Source: Chiloscyllium plagiosum (taxonomy: Eukaryota). Taken from it: a DNA stretch of 64,000 nucleotides. Below, piece after piece: positions 1 to 12,939 of this stretch. Every line of letters begins with the position of its first letter. Within the stretch, counting starts at the first letter, position 1. The position numbers and the translations under genes were made by a program. Below the pieces are notes generated by a model, which had not been told where the DNA came from, did no database searches, and saw only the letters and a program-made list of their open reading frames with translations. Location of the stretch: assembly GCF_004010195.1 (NCBI RefSeq), contig NC_057750.1, positions 3,158,761 to 3,222,760 on the forward strand, given 5' to 3'.

Positions 1-1459
1 TGTCAAAAGTTACATTTAGTTAGTTTTTCTAACATTCCAAGACTCTTAAAAAGGAGTGTCAATAAAGGATGGAAGCAAACAAATTAGCAAGACTGATTAA
101 AAGCTTGGCTCAGGATTGCATTTAAAAGAAGGATCTTTACAGATGAAGACAGTTGTTTAATGGGAGGGAATTCCAGATTTTAGAATACAGGCAACCAATC
201 ACTTGACTACGAATGGCTGACTGCAGATATATATGTGGGGAGATGCAGACCAGAGATCAATGATATCTCTCAAAAACAACTGAAAACAAATGAATTTGAA
301 TGGCTAAAGTATTGTGACACTTGTTACGTATCCGACATAATCCAATATAAAGACGAAGAACGTCAATGAATAACGCCAACACAAATTGACAGTAAATATT
401 TCATGTAAAAAAAGTACATATGACAGATCGAAGCATTGCCTACACAGCAGCAACCTATACCTGTACACTGTAAGCACATAATCCAAATGGACGATTCAGT
501 GCAGAATTGAGGGACTGCTTAAATCGGATTGGAACCTTTGAGATACACCAATAAAACCTGAAAATGTCTTCCCTATGGTACATCTTCAGATGAAAGGCTG
601 TGTCTTGGGCAATATCCACCCCTGCCGATGAACAAGCAATTCAAGATGAGCAGTTTCTAAACACTTCTCAACATGTAGTACTTGTAGAGACCTGCTTTAA
701 AAAGCAATACACAAGCTTTGAATAAAGATAAAGCAATGAACTACAGATAAAGATGATCCCAACTGATGTTACTATTGAACAAATCAGATCATTGAATTTT
801 AAAAAAACCCAAGCCAAATTAATTTAACATCGTGGATTTTTACAGAAATTTAAGCGTGCCAGGCTACAAATTTGACTTTCATCAGACAGAAAATATGCAA
901 AAGAAAAATATACAAACTAGGCTATCTACATATAAATAGTTTAAGCCTAACATTAACATTTGGCATCTACTCCTCAACATTTCAGTGAATCAAAATTCAG
1001 ATTTTCCTTTGGTTCTCAAACCTGTATGTCTACTTAACTACTCCTGAGTTTGGTCCTGAGAACTGCAAAGTTTTGACTAACAAATCTTCCTCAGTTGAGA
1101 AACCAATGCAGACTTCTAACCAAACACTTCTGGTCTGGATGTTTTTGTAACCTGAAAACCTCACACCAAAGCTGGTGTATCCCCTCAATTGCTCTGAACC
1201 AACTCTTTCCTAGGAGAAATTATTCTTTCATCTGACTCCAGTCAGGTCTACTTCAAATTGACTAAACAACAAACCTGCTCATCTAGCTTCTGAAAGCTAA
1301 AGGCTTTGCTTTTGTTCCCCTCACCCATCAAGATCCATCCATATAAGCTTCCATTAATCCCAGAGGATACTTTAGTCATCTCCTGTAAAACATGCTGGTT
1401 AAAAATCATGCATCCATGAAATGCTTACCTAGTTAACTAAACCACTGCACACTAACAGA

Positions 1460-2073
1460 GCTGAAAAATGTGTTGCTGGAAAAGCGCAGGTCAGGCAGCA
1501 TCCAAGGAGNNNNNNNNNNNNNNNNNNNNNNNNNNNNNNNNNNNNNNNNNNNNNNNNNNNAAAAGGTAGGGAGGAGGGACTTGGGGGAGGGGCATTGGGA
1601 ATGCGATAGGTGGAAGGAGGTTAAGGTGAGGGTGACAAGCCGGAGAGGTCGGGAAGAGGATTGCAGGCCAAGAAGGCAGTGCTGTGTCCGAGAGTTGGGA
1701 CTTAGGGATGAATGCAGATTTCTCCAGCTTCATTTCCCCTCCCCCCACCTCATCTCAGTCCCAACCCTCGGACTCAGCACTGCCTTCTTGACCTGCAATC
1801 GTCTTCCCCACCTCTCCGCCCCCCACTCCCTCTCCAGCCTATCACCCTCGCCTTAACCTCCTTCCACCTATCACATTCCCAACGCCTCTCCCCTAAGTCC
1901 CTCCTCCCTACCTTTTATCTTAGCCTGCTTGGCACACCCTCCTCATTCCTAAAGGGCTTATGCCCGAAACGTCGATTCTCCTGCTCCTTGGATGCTGCCT
2001 GACCTGCTGCACTTTTCCAGCAACACATTTTTCAGCTTTGATCTCCAGCATCTGCAGTCCTCACTTTCTCCTT
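1460..2073 (+). mobile_element. Penelope-like (family A) fold-back insertion: inverted partial pLTR + forward pLTR with tail
   Basis: 1460-1703 is the reverse complement of part of 1755-2037; unpaired tail TGATCTCCAGCATCTGCAGTCCTCACTTTCTCC; TSD CACACTAACAGA at 1448-1459 and 2074-2085; hammerhead remnant ~1948-1973 with a deletion in the core. Confidence 0.85.
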
Positions 2074-3924
2074 CACACTAACAGACCAAACCCATGTGCC
2101 ACTAGTTTAAAATTCAAACTCGTTAACAGTACATGTAAAATCATATTTCATCTCAAAAAACATTTGTGGAGAGGAAAACAGTTTACCTCAAGTCAAGTCA
2201 GTCAAGGGTGAAACATTAGCAATGACTGCCTCTACAGATGCCCGAGTTTTCAGATTGTTGTCGCTCTCATTTAAGCTTTTCCATGTAACCCCATGAGATA
2301 AAAGTAGGCAACAACCAATCGTCTTAATAAAACAGTTCATCTATTGAATACAAATGAATACTTAAAAGCTGAAGAAGATGCTAATGATAAAGATCAGTGA
2401 GCAAGTGAAACATATCAGAAAGCCAGTTGTAAAAATAGCTCCAAAGCCCTTATGGTGCAGAGGTAGAATCTCTACCTTTGGGAGGCTGGGGTACAAGTCT
2501 CACCTGCTCTAGATGTGTATAATGACAGTCATAGAGACGTACAGCATGGAAACAGACACTTCGGTCCAATCTGTCCATGCAAACCAGATATCTACAATTC
2601 CCTGTTCTTGGAATCAAAATCCGAATGCACCCATTTTGAATTTAACCTCCAGATTTGCCTCCATAATAGTTTACAAACCATATTAAGTTTCTTAAATGCT
2701 TGTCATATCCTTTTTGAAAACAGTTACTTCTAATGTTGGTAATAAACTAAAAAAAAACAAATCCTGGAATCAAAACAGAAAGGGAATGCTGGAATTAGGC
2801 AGTTAAGTCTTTGTTTTGAGTTACCCCTTCAGTGCAGCATTTTGAATGCAGCAATTCCATACAATAACTTTGTTTTTCATTTTAAAAACAATAAGTGAGG
2901 CAGCTAGGAATTACAAAAGAACATAGGAGACAAAACAAAGAAATTAGGCACCCATGCCACATGCTCATTGAGGATTGTTTCTGTTACCCAATTGAGCAAC
3001 TCAATTCTTATATATTCTTACAATATGGGTGCATTTTTAATATACCAATTTAATAACAGAGTACTAATCAGTTTGCAAAGAATGTTAGTTTTTCAGTTGT
3101 TTTGCGCATAAACATTCCAAAGACTTTAGGTAGTGGGAATACAATAGCAATAGTTGTGCAGATAAAATGCATGGGAAACTAGATCATCTGGTGTACTTTA
3201 AAAAAATCATTTTCCACACCTACTACAAAAAAAGTGTATGGATCAATGAAGTCTTAATTCCTACAGTGAGATTCCTAAGAAAATGCATTAATTCAATTCA
3301 AAAACAGGTAAGAAAGTTGGGGGGAGGGGGACACGAAGAAGGGGACGAGGAGGTTTGAAAGGCTCCACTTCTGCTCCCAATTGGTATGCTCATACCTACC
3401 AAAATTAGTCCCAGAAGCAACTGGCTTTCGTGTCTCAATATAAAACTGGCATTAAATGACAAGAAAAAAAAGTGTTAATTGAGAAAGACATACACTGTAT
3501 ATAGTATTTTGATAAGGTCAATTCTCGGCAAGCTCTTGCTACTTGTCACTGCAGACTGGATCTCAGGAGATGCTAAAATGCCCCCTGCATCCCTCTAATA
3601 TTTTAGATTTGAAGTATGACACTAGTCTTGAGCATGGTACGCCTAGCTGTGACGGCAAATAATAAATTCAAGAGGAAAATTTAAAAATCTGCTATACTGG
3701 TCCATACAGTTGCTATTAATAAAATAATCACTGATGGCAATAAAACTTCGTACTTTAAAGTTGCGAGCTTGTCAAACATTGTTTGACTAAATAGACTGGC
3801 TTTGCAGTTTCCCAACTCACGGGCCTAACTATGAAGAAAGCTCATGCAGTAAAGTTTAAACAGTGTGCTCTAATAAGGCTTATACTACAAAATGCAAGAT
3901 CTGTTCATCTAGTAGGCAGTGACT

Positions 3925-4975
3925 AGCAAATGGCTGCATTAAAGAGGCATTTAGGCAGGCACACGAACAGGTAGGGAAGAGGGGGATACAGACCACGTGT
4001 AAGTAGATGTAATTAGTTTAGAATGGCATCATGATTGGCACAGACATGAGGAGCCAAAGGGCCTATTCTTGTGCTGTAGAGTCAGATGTACAGCATAGAA
4101 ACAGACTTTTCAGGCCAACCAGATGATATCCCAACCTAATCTAGTCCCACTTACCAGCACCTGGTCCATATCCCTCCAAACCTTTCCTATTCATATACCC
4201 ATCCAGATGCCTTTTAAATGCTGCAATTGTACTAGCCTCCACCACTTCCTCTGGCACCTCATTCCATACATGCACCACTCTCTGCGTGAAAAAGTTGCCT
4301 CTTAGGTTCAGGGTGAGAGGGGAAAGATATGAGACCTATGTCCTCGAGTTCTGGATTCACCCCACCCCAGGGAAAAGACCTGGTCTATTTATTGTATCCA
4401 TGCCCCTCAATTTTATAACTCTAAGGTCACCCCTCAGCTTCTGAAGCTCCAGGGAAAACAGCCAAAAGCTATTCAACCTTTCCCTATAGCTCAAACCCTC
4501 CAAACCTGGCAACATCCTCGTAAATATTTTCTGAACCCTTTCAAGTTTCACATCTTTCCAATAGGAAAGAGACCAGAATTGCACACAGTATTCCAAAACT
4601 GGCCTAACCAATGCCCTGTACAGCCGCAACATGACCTCCGAACTCCTGTACTCAATACTCTGACCAATAAAGGAAAGCATACCAAACGCCTTCTTCACTA
4701 TCCTATCTACCTGCGACTCCACTTTTAAGGAGCTATGAACCTGCATACCAAGGTCTCTGTTCAGCAACACTCCCTAGGAACTTACCATTAAGTGTATAAG
4801 TCCTAAGATTTGCATTCCCAAAATGCAGCACCTTGCATTTAGTGGAATTAAAATCCATTTGCCACTTTTCATCCCACTGGCCCATCTGATCAGGATCCCA
4901 TTGTAATCTGAGGTAATCTTCTTCATTGTCCACATCATCTCCAAGTTTGGTGTCATGTGCAAACTCACTAACAAT
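3925..4975 (-). mobile_element. CR1 LINE 3' fragments (short plus-strand end ~3925-4078, then minus-strand copy 4080-4975)
   Basis: ORF track [19 protein letters not shown]...LRGDL matches the CR1 ORF2 C-terminus also seen at 38614-39183. Confidence 0.85.
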
Positions 4976-5669
4976 ACAATAGCCTTGATTGCCAAAATTT
5001 CAAGTCATAATGGAGGAGATACATACTTGAAATTAAAAGCCAATCATGCAATCACTTTGTTAAAATAACTTATTGCAGGTGCTGAGAATATGCGAGCATG
5101 TTTATGTCCAGTCTAAAAAGGTTTCTTCAGCATTCACCGATCTTCAACTATGAACCAAAATAAAATTCAACTTTTAATAGTAACAAGACTTCTCATTCCA
5201 GAAATGCTGCCACACATACTATTATAATAAAAACAAAATGCAAGAAATGCACTAAGATTTGCAACACAATAAATCTCAACTTTAGTTACAGATTGGAGGC
5301 CAACTGGCAGGCCCCAGGATGTGGAAGTTAGCTCGTGGTATTATTAGCTAAAGCCTCAGATATCCTTTTTTTTAATCTGGTATGGCAGACTGCACAGCAA
5401 ACCGCAACATACACATTCTAAACCACCAGTTGCAACTTTGCTTTTCAGAGAAATGTAGAAAAGAGAAATAGGCCAGTCAGCCATTTGAGCCTGCTCTGCC
5501 ATTCACAAACATGTCTGATCATGAATTGCATGAGACTGCTTCTATATTAACCCCATATCTTTTTATGTGTTTAAGCCAAAGTGCTACATGCAACTCCTTC
5601 TTGGGAGTCATACAATGTGTTGCCCTCGACAGCTTTCTCTGACAGGCAATAATGTGGGCTCACCGCTCT

Positions 5670-5860
5670 GGAGTGAATAAGTTGAATTGGTTAGGGCAGC
5701 TAAGATTGTATTTGCTGGAGTTTAGAAGGGATGTGGAGGAGGATCTCACGAAAACCTATAAAATTCTAACAGGACTGGACAAGGTTGATGCAGGCAGGAT
5801 GCACCCAATGGCAAGGGAGTCCAGAACCTGGAGTCACAGTCTAAAGATATGGGGTATTTA
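5670..5860 (+). mobile_element. CR1 fragment
   Basis: LYLLEFRR..DLTKTYKILTGLDKVD resembles the CR1 ORF2 C-terminus. Confidence 0.65.
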
Positions 5861-6059
5861 TTCCTACTTTGATTTTGTTTGCCAGCTTGATTTCTACCAA
5901 TCAAAATACAATACCCCAAATCCCATGCTTTAGTTTTACACAATTATGGGGACTTCTGGAGAACCTTTTGAAAATCCAAATAAACTACATTCATTGGCTC
6001 CCCCTCAAAATCTACTAATTACATCCTCAGAATTTTAATTGATTGGTAAAGGATGAAGT

Positions 6060-6510
6060 TGGTTTATTGCAGTCAAGTGTATCTAACTACAGTGAAAAGC
6101 TTTGTTTTCAAGCAGTACAGACAGAAAATTGCAAGAACATACAGAGCACAGGGTGCTGAGACAGAGTAAGGCATATAGATTACACTGCACAGAGGGTGCA
6201 CAAAGCAAGACCAACATTATCTGAAGTTAGAGAGGTCCATTCATTAGTCTAATAATAGCAGGGAAAAAGCTGTTCTCAAACATGTCGGTGCATATTCGAG
6301 GTTCTGTATTTTCTGCCTGACAGAAGAGATCGTAGTACACCATTACTAGGGTGAGAGGGGATTTTTGATAATGTTGGCAGCCTTTCCACTGTAAGGCAAA
6401 ATGTCAACAGAGTCCATGGTTGGAAGATTGGCTTCCACGATGGTCTAGGCTGTGCACACAACCTTCTGTGGTTTCTTATGGTCCTGGACAGGGCAGGTGC
6501 CGTATTATGC
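6060..6510 (-). mobile_element. Rex1/Babar-like LINE 3' fragment
   Basis: Reverse strand resembles the 3' part of the 25960-26775 element (KDPSHP/RYRS region and 3' UTR). Confidence 0.55.
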
Positions 6511-6769
6511 ACTCTGTTAGTATGTTTTCTTTCGTAAATTTATGTTGACTGTGTCAGATCCTGACACTTTTTAAAAGCTAACCACTTTGAAAGTTAGAGA
6601 TAAGTGAATTAGAGGGTACCAAGAATCCAGATGACTACTACTGCAACCTCTATTTCTAGGGTCACTTCTCCAAGTACTTTGTTATGTAGTTTATCAGGGC
6701 CTGGGGATTTAATCAGCTTTCAATCCAATCAATATCCCCAACTTCATTTCCCTATTCCGGATTTCCTTC

Positions 6770-6964
6770 ACGCCCGCCCAGATTGTGCTTGACAGCAGTT
6801 CAGTGAGCAGAGTTTGTTTAAACATTGTAAACAAAAGACGCAATCAGCGTTGGAAACATCTCTTATATAATGTTTCTATTGGGACCGCGAGATCTCCTTT
6901 GGATAATCCGAATATCAATTATCCGAAATTCAGACAACTGACATTCAGATAAGAGGTTCCTCTG
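6770..6964 (-). mobile_element. Tigger/pogo-like MITE, one terminus
   Basis: Ends ...GAGGTTCCTCTG|TA; reverse complement matches the left end of 42341-42924 including repeated ATTATCCGAA motifs. Confidence 0.7.
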
Positions 6965-7619
6965 TATATGCCATAAAGAAAATTTAAATGTTCCTTCATA
7001 GCAAGAGTTTCACAGCCTGGCTAGCAGTTATTGCCTGTCCCAAACTGTCCTCAAGGCAGTGATGAATTGCCTTCTTGAATCCTTGCAACACATATGCTGC
7101 AGCTTGGCTTAAATGCCCTTTGTCATTGGGTTAAGAATTTCAGAATCTTAACCCAATGACACTGAAAGAACGGGGATATATTTCCAAGTCAGAGTGGTGC
7201 ACAGCTTGGAGGGGAATTTGCAAGTGGCAATCCTATCCATCTGCAGCCTTCATCCTTCTAGACAAAGTGTTTGAGTTTGGAAGATGCGAAGGAGTGGGTT
7301 GTGCATTGGATTGTGTGGATGGCATACACTGTTGCTTCTGACTGTTGGTGGTAGAGAGAGCAGAATAGGGTACCAATCAAGCAGGCTGCTTTGTCTTGGA
7401 TGATAGCAAGCTTGAGTGTTATTGGAACTGCACACATCCAAATGGGGGAGGGGGGGGGGGGAGGGAGAGAGAAGAGGGGGAGGAGAGAGTATTCCATCAC
7501 ATCCCAAAATGTGCCTTGTAGATGGTGGTCAGGCTATGGGGAGTCAGGATGTGAGCTAGGCTGCGGTATTCCTAGCCTCAGCGATGAAAAGTCATCAAGA
7601 CTCTAAATGTTAACATAGT

Positions 7620-8372
7620 ACAGGTTATACCGCAGTACAGGTCCTTTGGCCCATGATCTTTCGCTGACCTGTGAAACTAACCTGAAGTCCATCTAACCTG
7701 CGCTATTCTACTTTCATCCATATGTTTATACAATGGCCATTTAAATGCCCTTTACATTGGCAACTCTGCCTACTGTTGCAGGCAGGGCATTCCACACCCT
7801 AATAACCGAGTAAAGAACCTTTGACATCTGACTTGTATCTATCACCCCTCAATTAAAGATCACATCCTCTCATGCTAGCCAGAGGTGAAAGGCTCTCACC
7901 GTTCACCCTATTGACTCTTCTGATCATCCTGTATGTCTCTAAGTCACACCTCAACCTCCTAACAAAAATAGCCTCAGGTCCCTCAGCCTTTCCTCCTAAT
8001 ACCTTCCCGCCATATCAGGCCACATTCTGGTAAATCTTTTCTGCACCTTTTCCAATGCTTCCACATTCTCCCTGTAATGTGGTGACCAGAACTGTATGCA
8101 GTACTCCAAGTGTGACCATATTAGGTTTGTACAGTTGCAACATGACATCATGGCTCCCAAACTCAATCCCCCTACCAATAAAAGCTAACACACCACATGC
8201 CTTTTTAACAACCCCATCAACCTGGGTGGCAACTTTCAGGGACATATGTCCATGGACTCTGATCTCTCTGCTCACCCACACTACCAAGAATCTTACCATT
8301 AGCCCAGTACTCTCTATTCCCATTACACCTTCCAAAGTGAATCACTTCACACTTTTCCACATTGAAATCCAT
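7620..8372 (-). mobile_element. CR1 LINE 3' fragment
   Basis: [30 protein letters not shown] in ORF track. Confidence 0.8.
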
Positions 8373-10989
8373 TTGCTCTTTGGAGTTGCACAGAGCAACT
8401 TAACTTGCTCTCTCTCCCCATGGGGGATGCTGCCTGACCTACTGTGAGTGCCAGCATTTTTGTGGCAGTGAGATTCCAGTTTCTGCAGTAATTTGTTCCT
8501 ACATCCTGTTTCTGCAGGTCTCATCCAGTGCCTGGGTTGACACCAGATGGTCCATCTGGTTTCATTTCTTTGAGACTTTGTAGTCATTTATACAAACGAA
8601 TGGCTTACAGGCCATTTCAGATGGCAGTTGAGAGTCAGCCATATTGCTGTGCATCTGGAGTCACATGTAAGCCAGACCAGGTAAGGATGTCAGATTTCCT
8701 TCCTTGAAGGAGATTAGTGACTTTAAGAATTGGTTTATGGTACCCACAAACTTAATCTTGTACTCTATTGTCTGTCTCAAAAAAATCAATCCCTTCCTCC
8801 TCTTTTTCTAAATTCTAAACTGTTCCAACAGATCAGAATTTGCTGCTTTTGCTAATTTGTATGCCTCCTCCTAACACATCAATTTCCCTTTAAGCCATGT
8901 CCTGGCAACATTTCTGATTAAGGTTGTATCAGACAGGAATCAACAATTGCTGCAATTCACCTATGCACTCTTTGAATGTTTGCTATTGCCTTTCCACTGT
9001 CATCCCTAGTTAACGTTCCCCAATTTATCACAGCAAACTTGTGCCCCACTATCATTGTTTTTTTTGTTTAGAATTCAGAACCCTAGACTCAAATAGTTAC
9101 ATCACTCTCTTATTGTGGTTGCACAATGGGCTGCACACAACCAGATTGCCAATTTTACTTCTCATTACACAATAACTCACTCAACGGCTGAGGAAATTCT
9201 ACACTGATCAATACTGCACAGGTTTGTTCAACAGTTAAAAGAACTCACAGACTCTATTCCTAAGTGTATTGAGTGCAAGTATTTAAGTAACCACAAAAAC
9301 CAACCTTCAACATTTAGGGATACAATTGCTCATCTCACTTCCGTACACTTCAGTTTCAACATGATCCAATACTGCAGTGTGTTAATACCATGCTTTGCTG
9401 AAGCCAGTTACATTAATGAACACGAAATATATAAAGTCTTAAATTGCTTGATAAGTGTTGAGCTTTAATCAATTTCTTAAACACAACTGGTTAAATCTAA
9501 GGTTTGCGAATGAGTAGCAACTAAGCATAACATTAAAGGTGGTAGTAAGTCACTGCTTTCAGATCCCTACAAACTAAATTTAAAGAGACTAACATGCTGT
9601 TATTCTTAAGAATGTAAAATGGTTTTCCAATAAAATTATGCAAATGCACTCAATCCAAGGTGATCTAATCTTCCAAAAAAAATGGCTACAGAGATAATAG
9701 AGTACCAATGTCTACAGTTTAGTTTTTGCATACATTCCAGTTGGACTACACTATCATGTACCTACAAGATCAGAGGGCCTTTCATCTTTGGGGACATGGT
9801 AAATCCTCAACTGGTTCTGTGCAGGTCGCTACTCATTTAGAAACAAGACTCCAAATCCATCCAAGCCTACTGTAACAAGGTTCAAATTTCAGATTGGTTA
9901 GCTCAAAAAAAAATTGTCTAGATCAGCAACTTTTAAATAACTAGCATTAGCACAATGATCAGGTCCACTTCAAGGGAAACTTATAAAAAAACTTTGTGGA
10001 AGTAAAGTCTCAGAAAAGACATCAGTACAAACAGGAAGATTAAAAACTTCATGTTAGCTGACTAGCAATTCAAACTATGGACAATTACATTTTCAGGATT
10101 AGTTCATATAAATTTATTTGAAGCTTTAAAGCCTCACTGAAAGTAAAGGTTTTTATACACACTAATTCATACTCAGAACATGCTCCAGGTACTGCCTTTA
10201 CAGGATGTCAGAAAAGAACAGCAATACCATCTCCACAAAAGAGAACTGATCAGAGAAAGTAGTAACGGAATTAAAAGAAACTGCTGAAAATAAACACCAA
10301 AATCTGCAAAAAGCAGGGCAGAATTCGGCTTATTGTCAGAACAGCAGTAAACTGCTCTCCTTGCTAATAGATTAGCAGTGCCCATTCCCAGGTTTTGATT
10401 TTTAGCATTTAATTTTATCACAAAATTCTCCTAAATCATGACTACAGTATAATTTGAAGTTCACCATCAGGTCAATTGTAAGGCTTGCGAAAAGGCAGCA
10501 AGCTTGTGCTCAGTTGTAAGCAGAAGGATTAGAAGAGTCTACATTAAAAGATGGCTTGAAACTTCAGACTGCAATTCCAATCAATAAAAAAAGCATATTT
10601 TCAATTTTTGAAGTTGCCAAGCTTCAACTGTTCAAATGTTAGTTCAACCAGCAATACAAACTTTAGCTTAACCTTTGACTTAAAATAGAGTAAGAACCTC
10701 TAAGTTGGTATGAAAACCAAGGCTCAGAATTATAAAGAATGACAAAAACAGATGACTTGCCCTACTTACATAGTTGTCCACACAAAAAAAATTGAATGGC
10801 GTTGTTTTAAAAAAACGTAGACATCACCACCTTGCAAAATAACAGGAACAGAAGCTGAAATAGTCAATTTGCTGGAATACTACTGATCACTTTATACTGC
10901 CAAATGTCAATCAGATCAGGGCAAAGTCTATTCAGGCTAGTCATGATTGAGGTGCCAGTGTTGGCCTGGAGTGTACAAAGTTAAAATCA

Positions 10990-11180
10990 GAGTCAAGTGT
11001 GTGGGGTGCTTTAAAAACCACAGGTCAGACAGCATATGAGGAGTGGGAGAGTCGACGTTTTGGACAAAAGCTCTTCATCAGGAATTCCTGATGAGGAGCT
11101 TTTGCCTGAAAAGTCAACTCTCCCATTCATCATATGCTGCCTGACCTGATGTGCGTTTCCAGCACACACACTACTTCAGA
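10990..11180. mobile_element. Family A PLE fold-back with two head-to-head hammerhead motifs, in actinin intron 1
   Basis: Palindromic centre TCATCAGGAATTCCTGATGA (~11075-11094), ~80 nt imperfect arms; preceded at 10942-10989 by the reverse-complement tail of family B. Confidence 0.75.
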
Positions 11181-11654
11181 TTTTAAAATCAAACTAATGG
11201 CAGTCATGACTTCAGCAGCCTCAGTCTTGAGCTTTAGAGTCACCTTCAGACCCCATCTTCACCACAGGACTCCTTAAAACTACTTTCAGTCAAGCTTCAG
11301 GCCATCTACTTTAAAATCAACTGAAGTGGCTCAATATCAAATTTGTGCTTATATCACTGCTGCAAAACACTGGAAAATCTCACTGCAAAGAGTGAGAATT
11401 TAAAAAATGGAAGCTGAGATAATGATATTTTAAAATTAAAACTGTTTACCAACAAACTTCCAATTTTAAAAAACAGCCACTCCATGCCTTCAAAATTTTG
11501 GATGAATACAATTAGTAACATGGCTTTCATCACATTCAGGACTGTAAAGTTACCTTCGTGCAGCCCACTTTCAAACTCCTCGCAACATTGAAATACAGAA
11601 GAAAATGTACACGTTTTAAAAGTATAACAGTGCAGAATATAGTTGTTTCCTTCC

Positions 11655-12400
11655 AGCATGCAGGTGCTGCATTTTGGTAGTGCCAGACTTGTCCACTTAA
11701 TGATAAGGTCTGGGGAGTATTGCTGAACAGAGACCTTGAAGTGCAGGTTCACAGTTCCTTGAAAGTGGAATCACAGATAGATAAGATAGTGAAAATGGTG
11801 TATAGTATGCTATCCTTTATTTGTCAGCGCATTGAGTATAGGAGTTGGGAAGGCATGCTGCTGCTGTACAGGACATTGGTTAGGTCACTTTTAGAATACT
11901 GAGCCCAAATCTGGTCTCCCTGCTACAGAAAGGATGTTGTGAAACTTGGAAGTGTTCAGAAAAGATTCACAAGGATGTTGCCAGGGTTGAAGGTTTTGAG
12001 CTAGAGGTAGAGGCTACGGCTATATTCCTTGGAACAGAGACCGAAGGGTGACCGTATAAAAATTATGAGGGACATGGATAGGGTGAATAGTCATGGCATT
12101 TTCCCCACAGTAGGGTAGTCCAAAACATGAGTTAATGGTGAGAGATGAAAGAATTAGAAAGAATCTAAGGGGTAACTTTTTCTCAGAGTGGTGCATGTGT
12201 GGTACAAGTTGCCAGAGGAAGTGATGGAAGCAGGTACAATTACAACATTTAAAAAGGCATCTGAATGGGTATACAAAAAGGAAGGGTTTAGAATGATTTG
12301 GGCCAAATGCTGTTAAATGGGACTACACTAATTTGGGATCTGGTCAGCAAGACCAAGTTGAACTAAAGGGCCTGCTTCTGTGCCATGCATCTGTAACTAT
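11655..12400 (+). mobile_element. CR1 LINE 3' fragment
   Basis: RDLEVQVHSSLKVESQ...LYRTLVRSLLEY plus CR1 3' UTR. Confidence 0.85.
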
Positions 12401-12939
12401 ATTACATATAATGTTCAAGTTCAGAAATCAAAATTGAAGTTTTTTGGTTCAAAGATAAAAGAGCCACAAACTGAATTAGAGACAGACAGTTTTCAAAAAT
12501 CCAGACTAATTTTTGCCAACAGAACAGCGCAGCCACAACATAATTTCAGACCACCAGGTTAACAGGCGTGTCACATACCTACAGTACGTGCGTACACACA
12601 CCTAGAATTAACAGAGTTCGAGTAATTCAAGGCAGTGTGCTGCAGAAAGAAGCTGGTGACGTTTACAAGAAAACGCCGTTGACTGCACAAATCAGTTTTG
12701 CGCTTTGAAAAGACGGGCAGGAGAGGAAAGCAAAGTAAGAAAGGGAAATAAACATTTCCCCCACAAAGCTGGGAGGCCTTGTGCAATCCAAATGCATTGC
12801 ACGTGGAAGTGATGTCTCCCCACGGCCTTCACCTTTCCTCCTCCGCCTAACCAAGTGTCTTGCCAAATGAACTTAAGGATGTGTCCGGGTGGGATGCTGC
12901 CCTTTTAGGGGTTTTAAAAAAAAAAGAGGGAGTAGCCAC

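Noticed and set aside
7444..7485. G-rich tract / G-quadruplex
   Set aside because: Simple purine expansion inside a decayed repeat; no functional support.
12900..12910. CArG-like CCTTTTAGGG in intron 1
   Set aside because: One mismatch to CC(A/T)6GG; too weak without conservation data.
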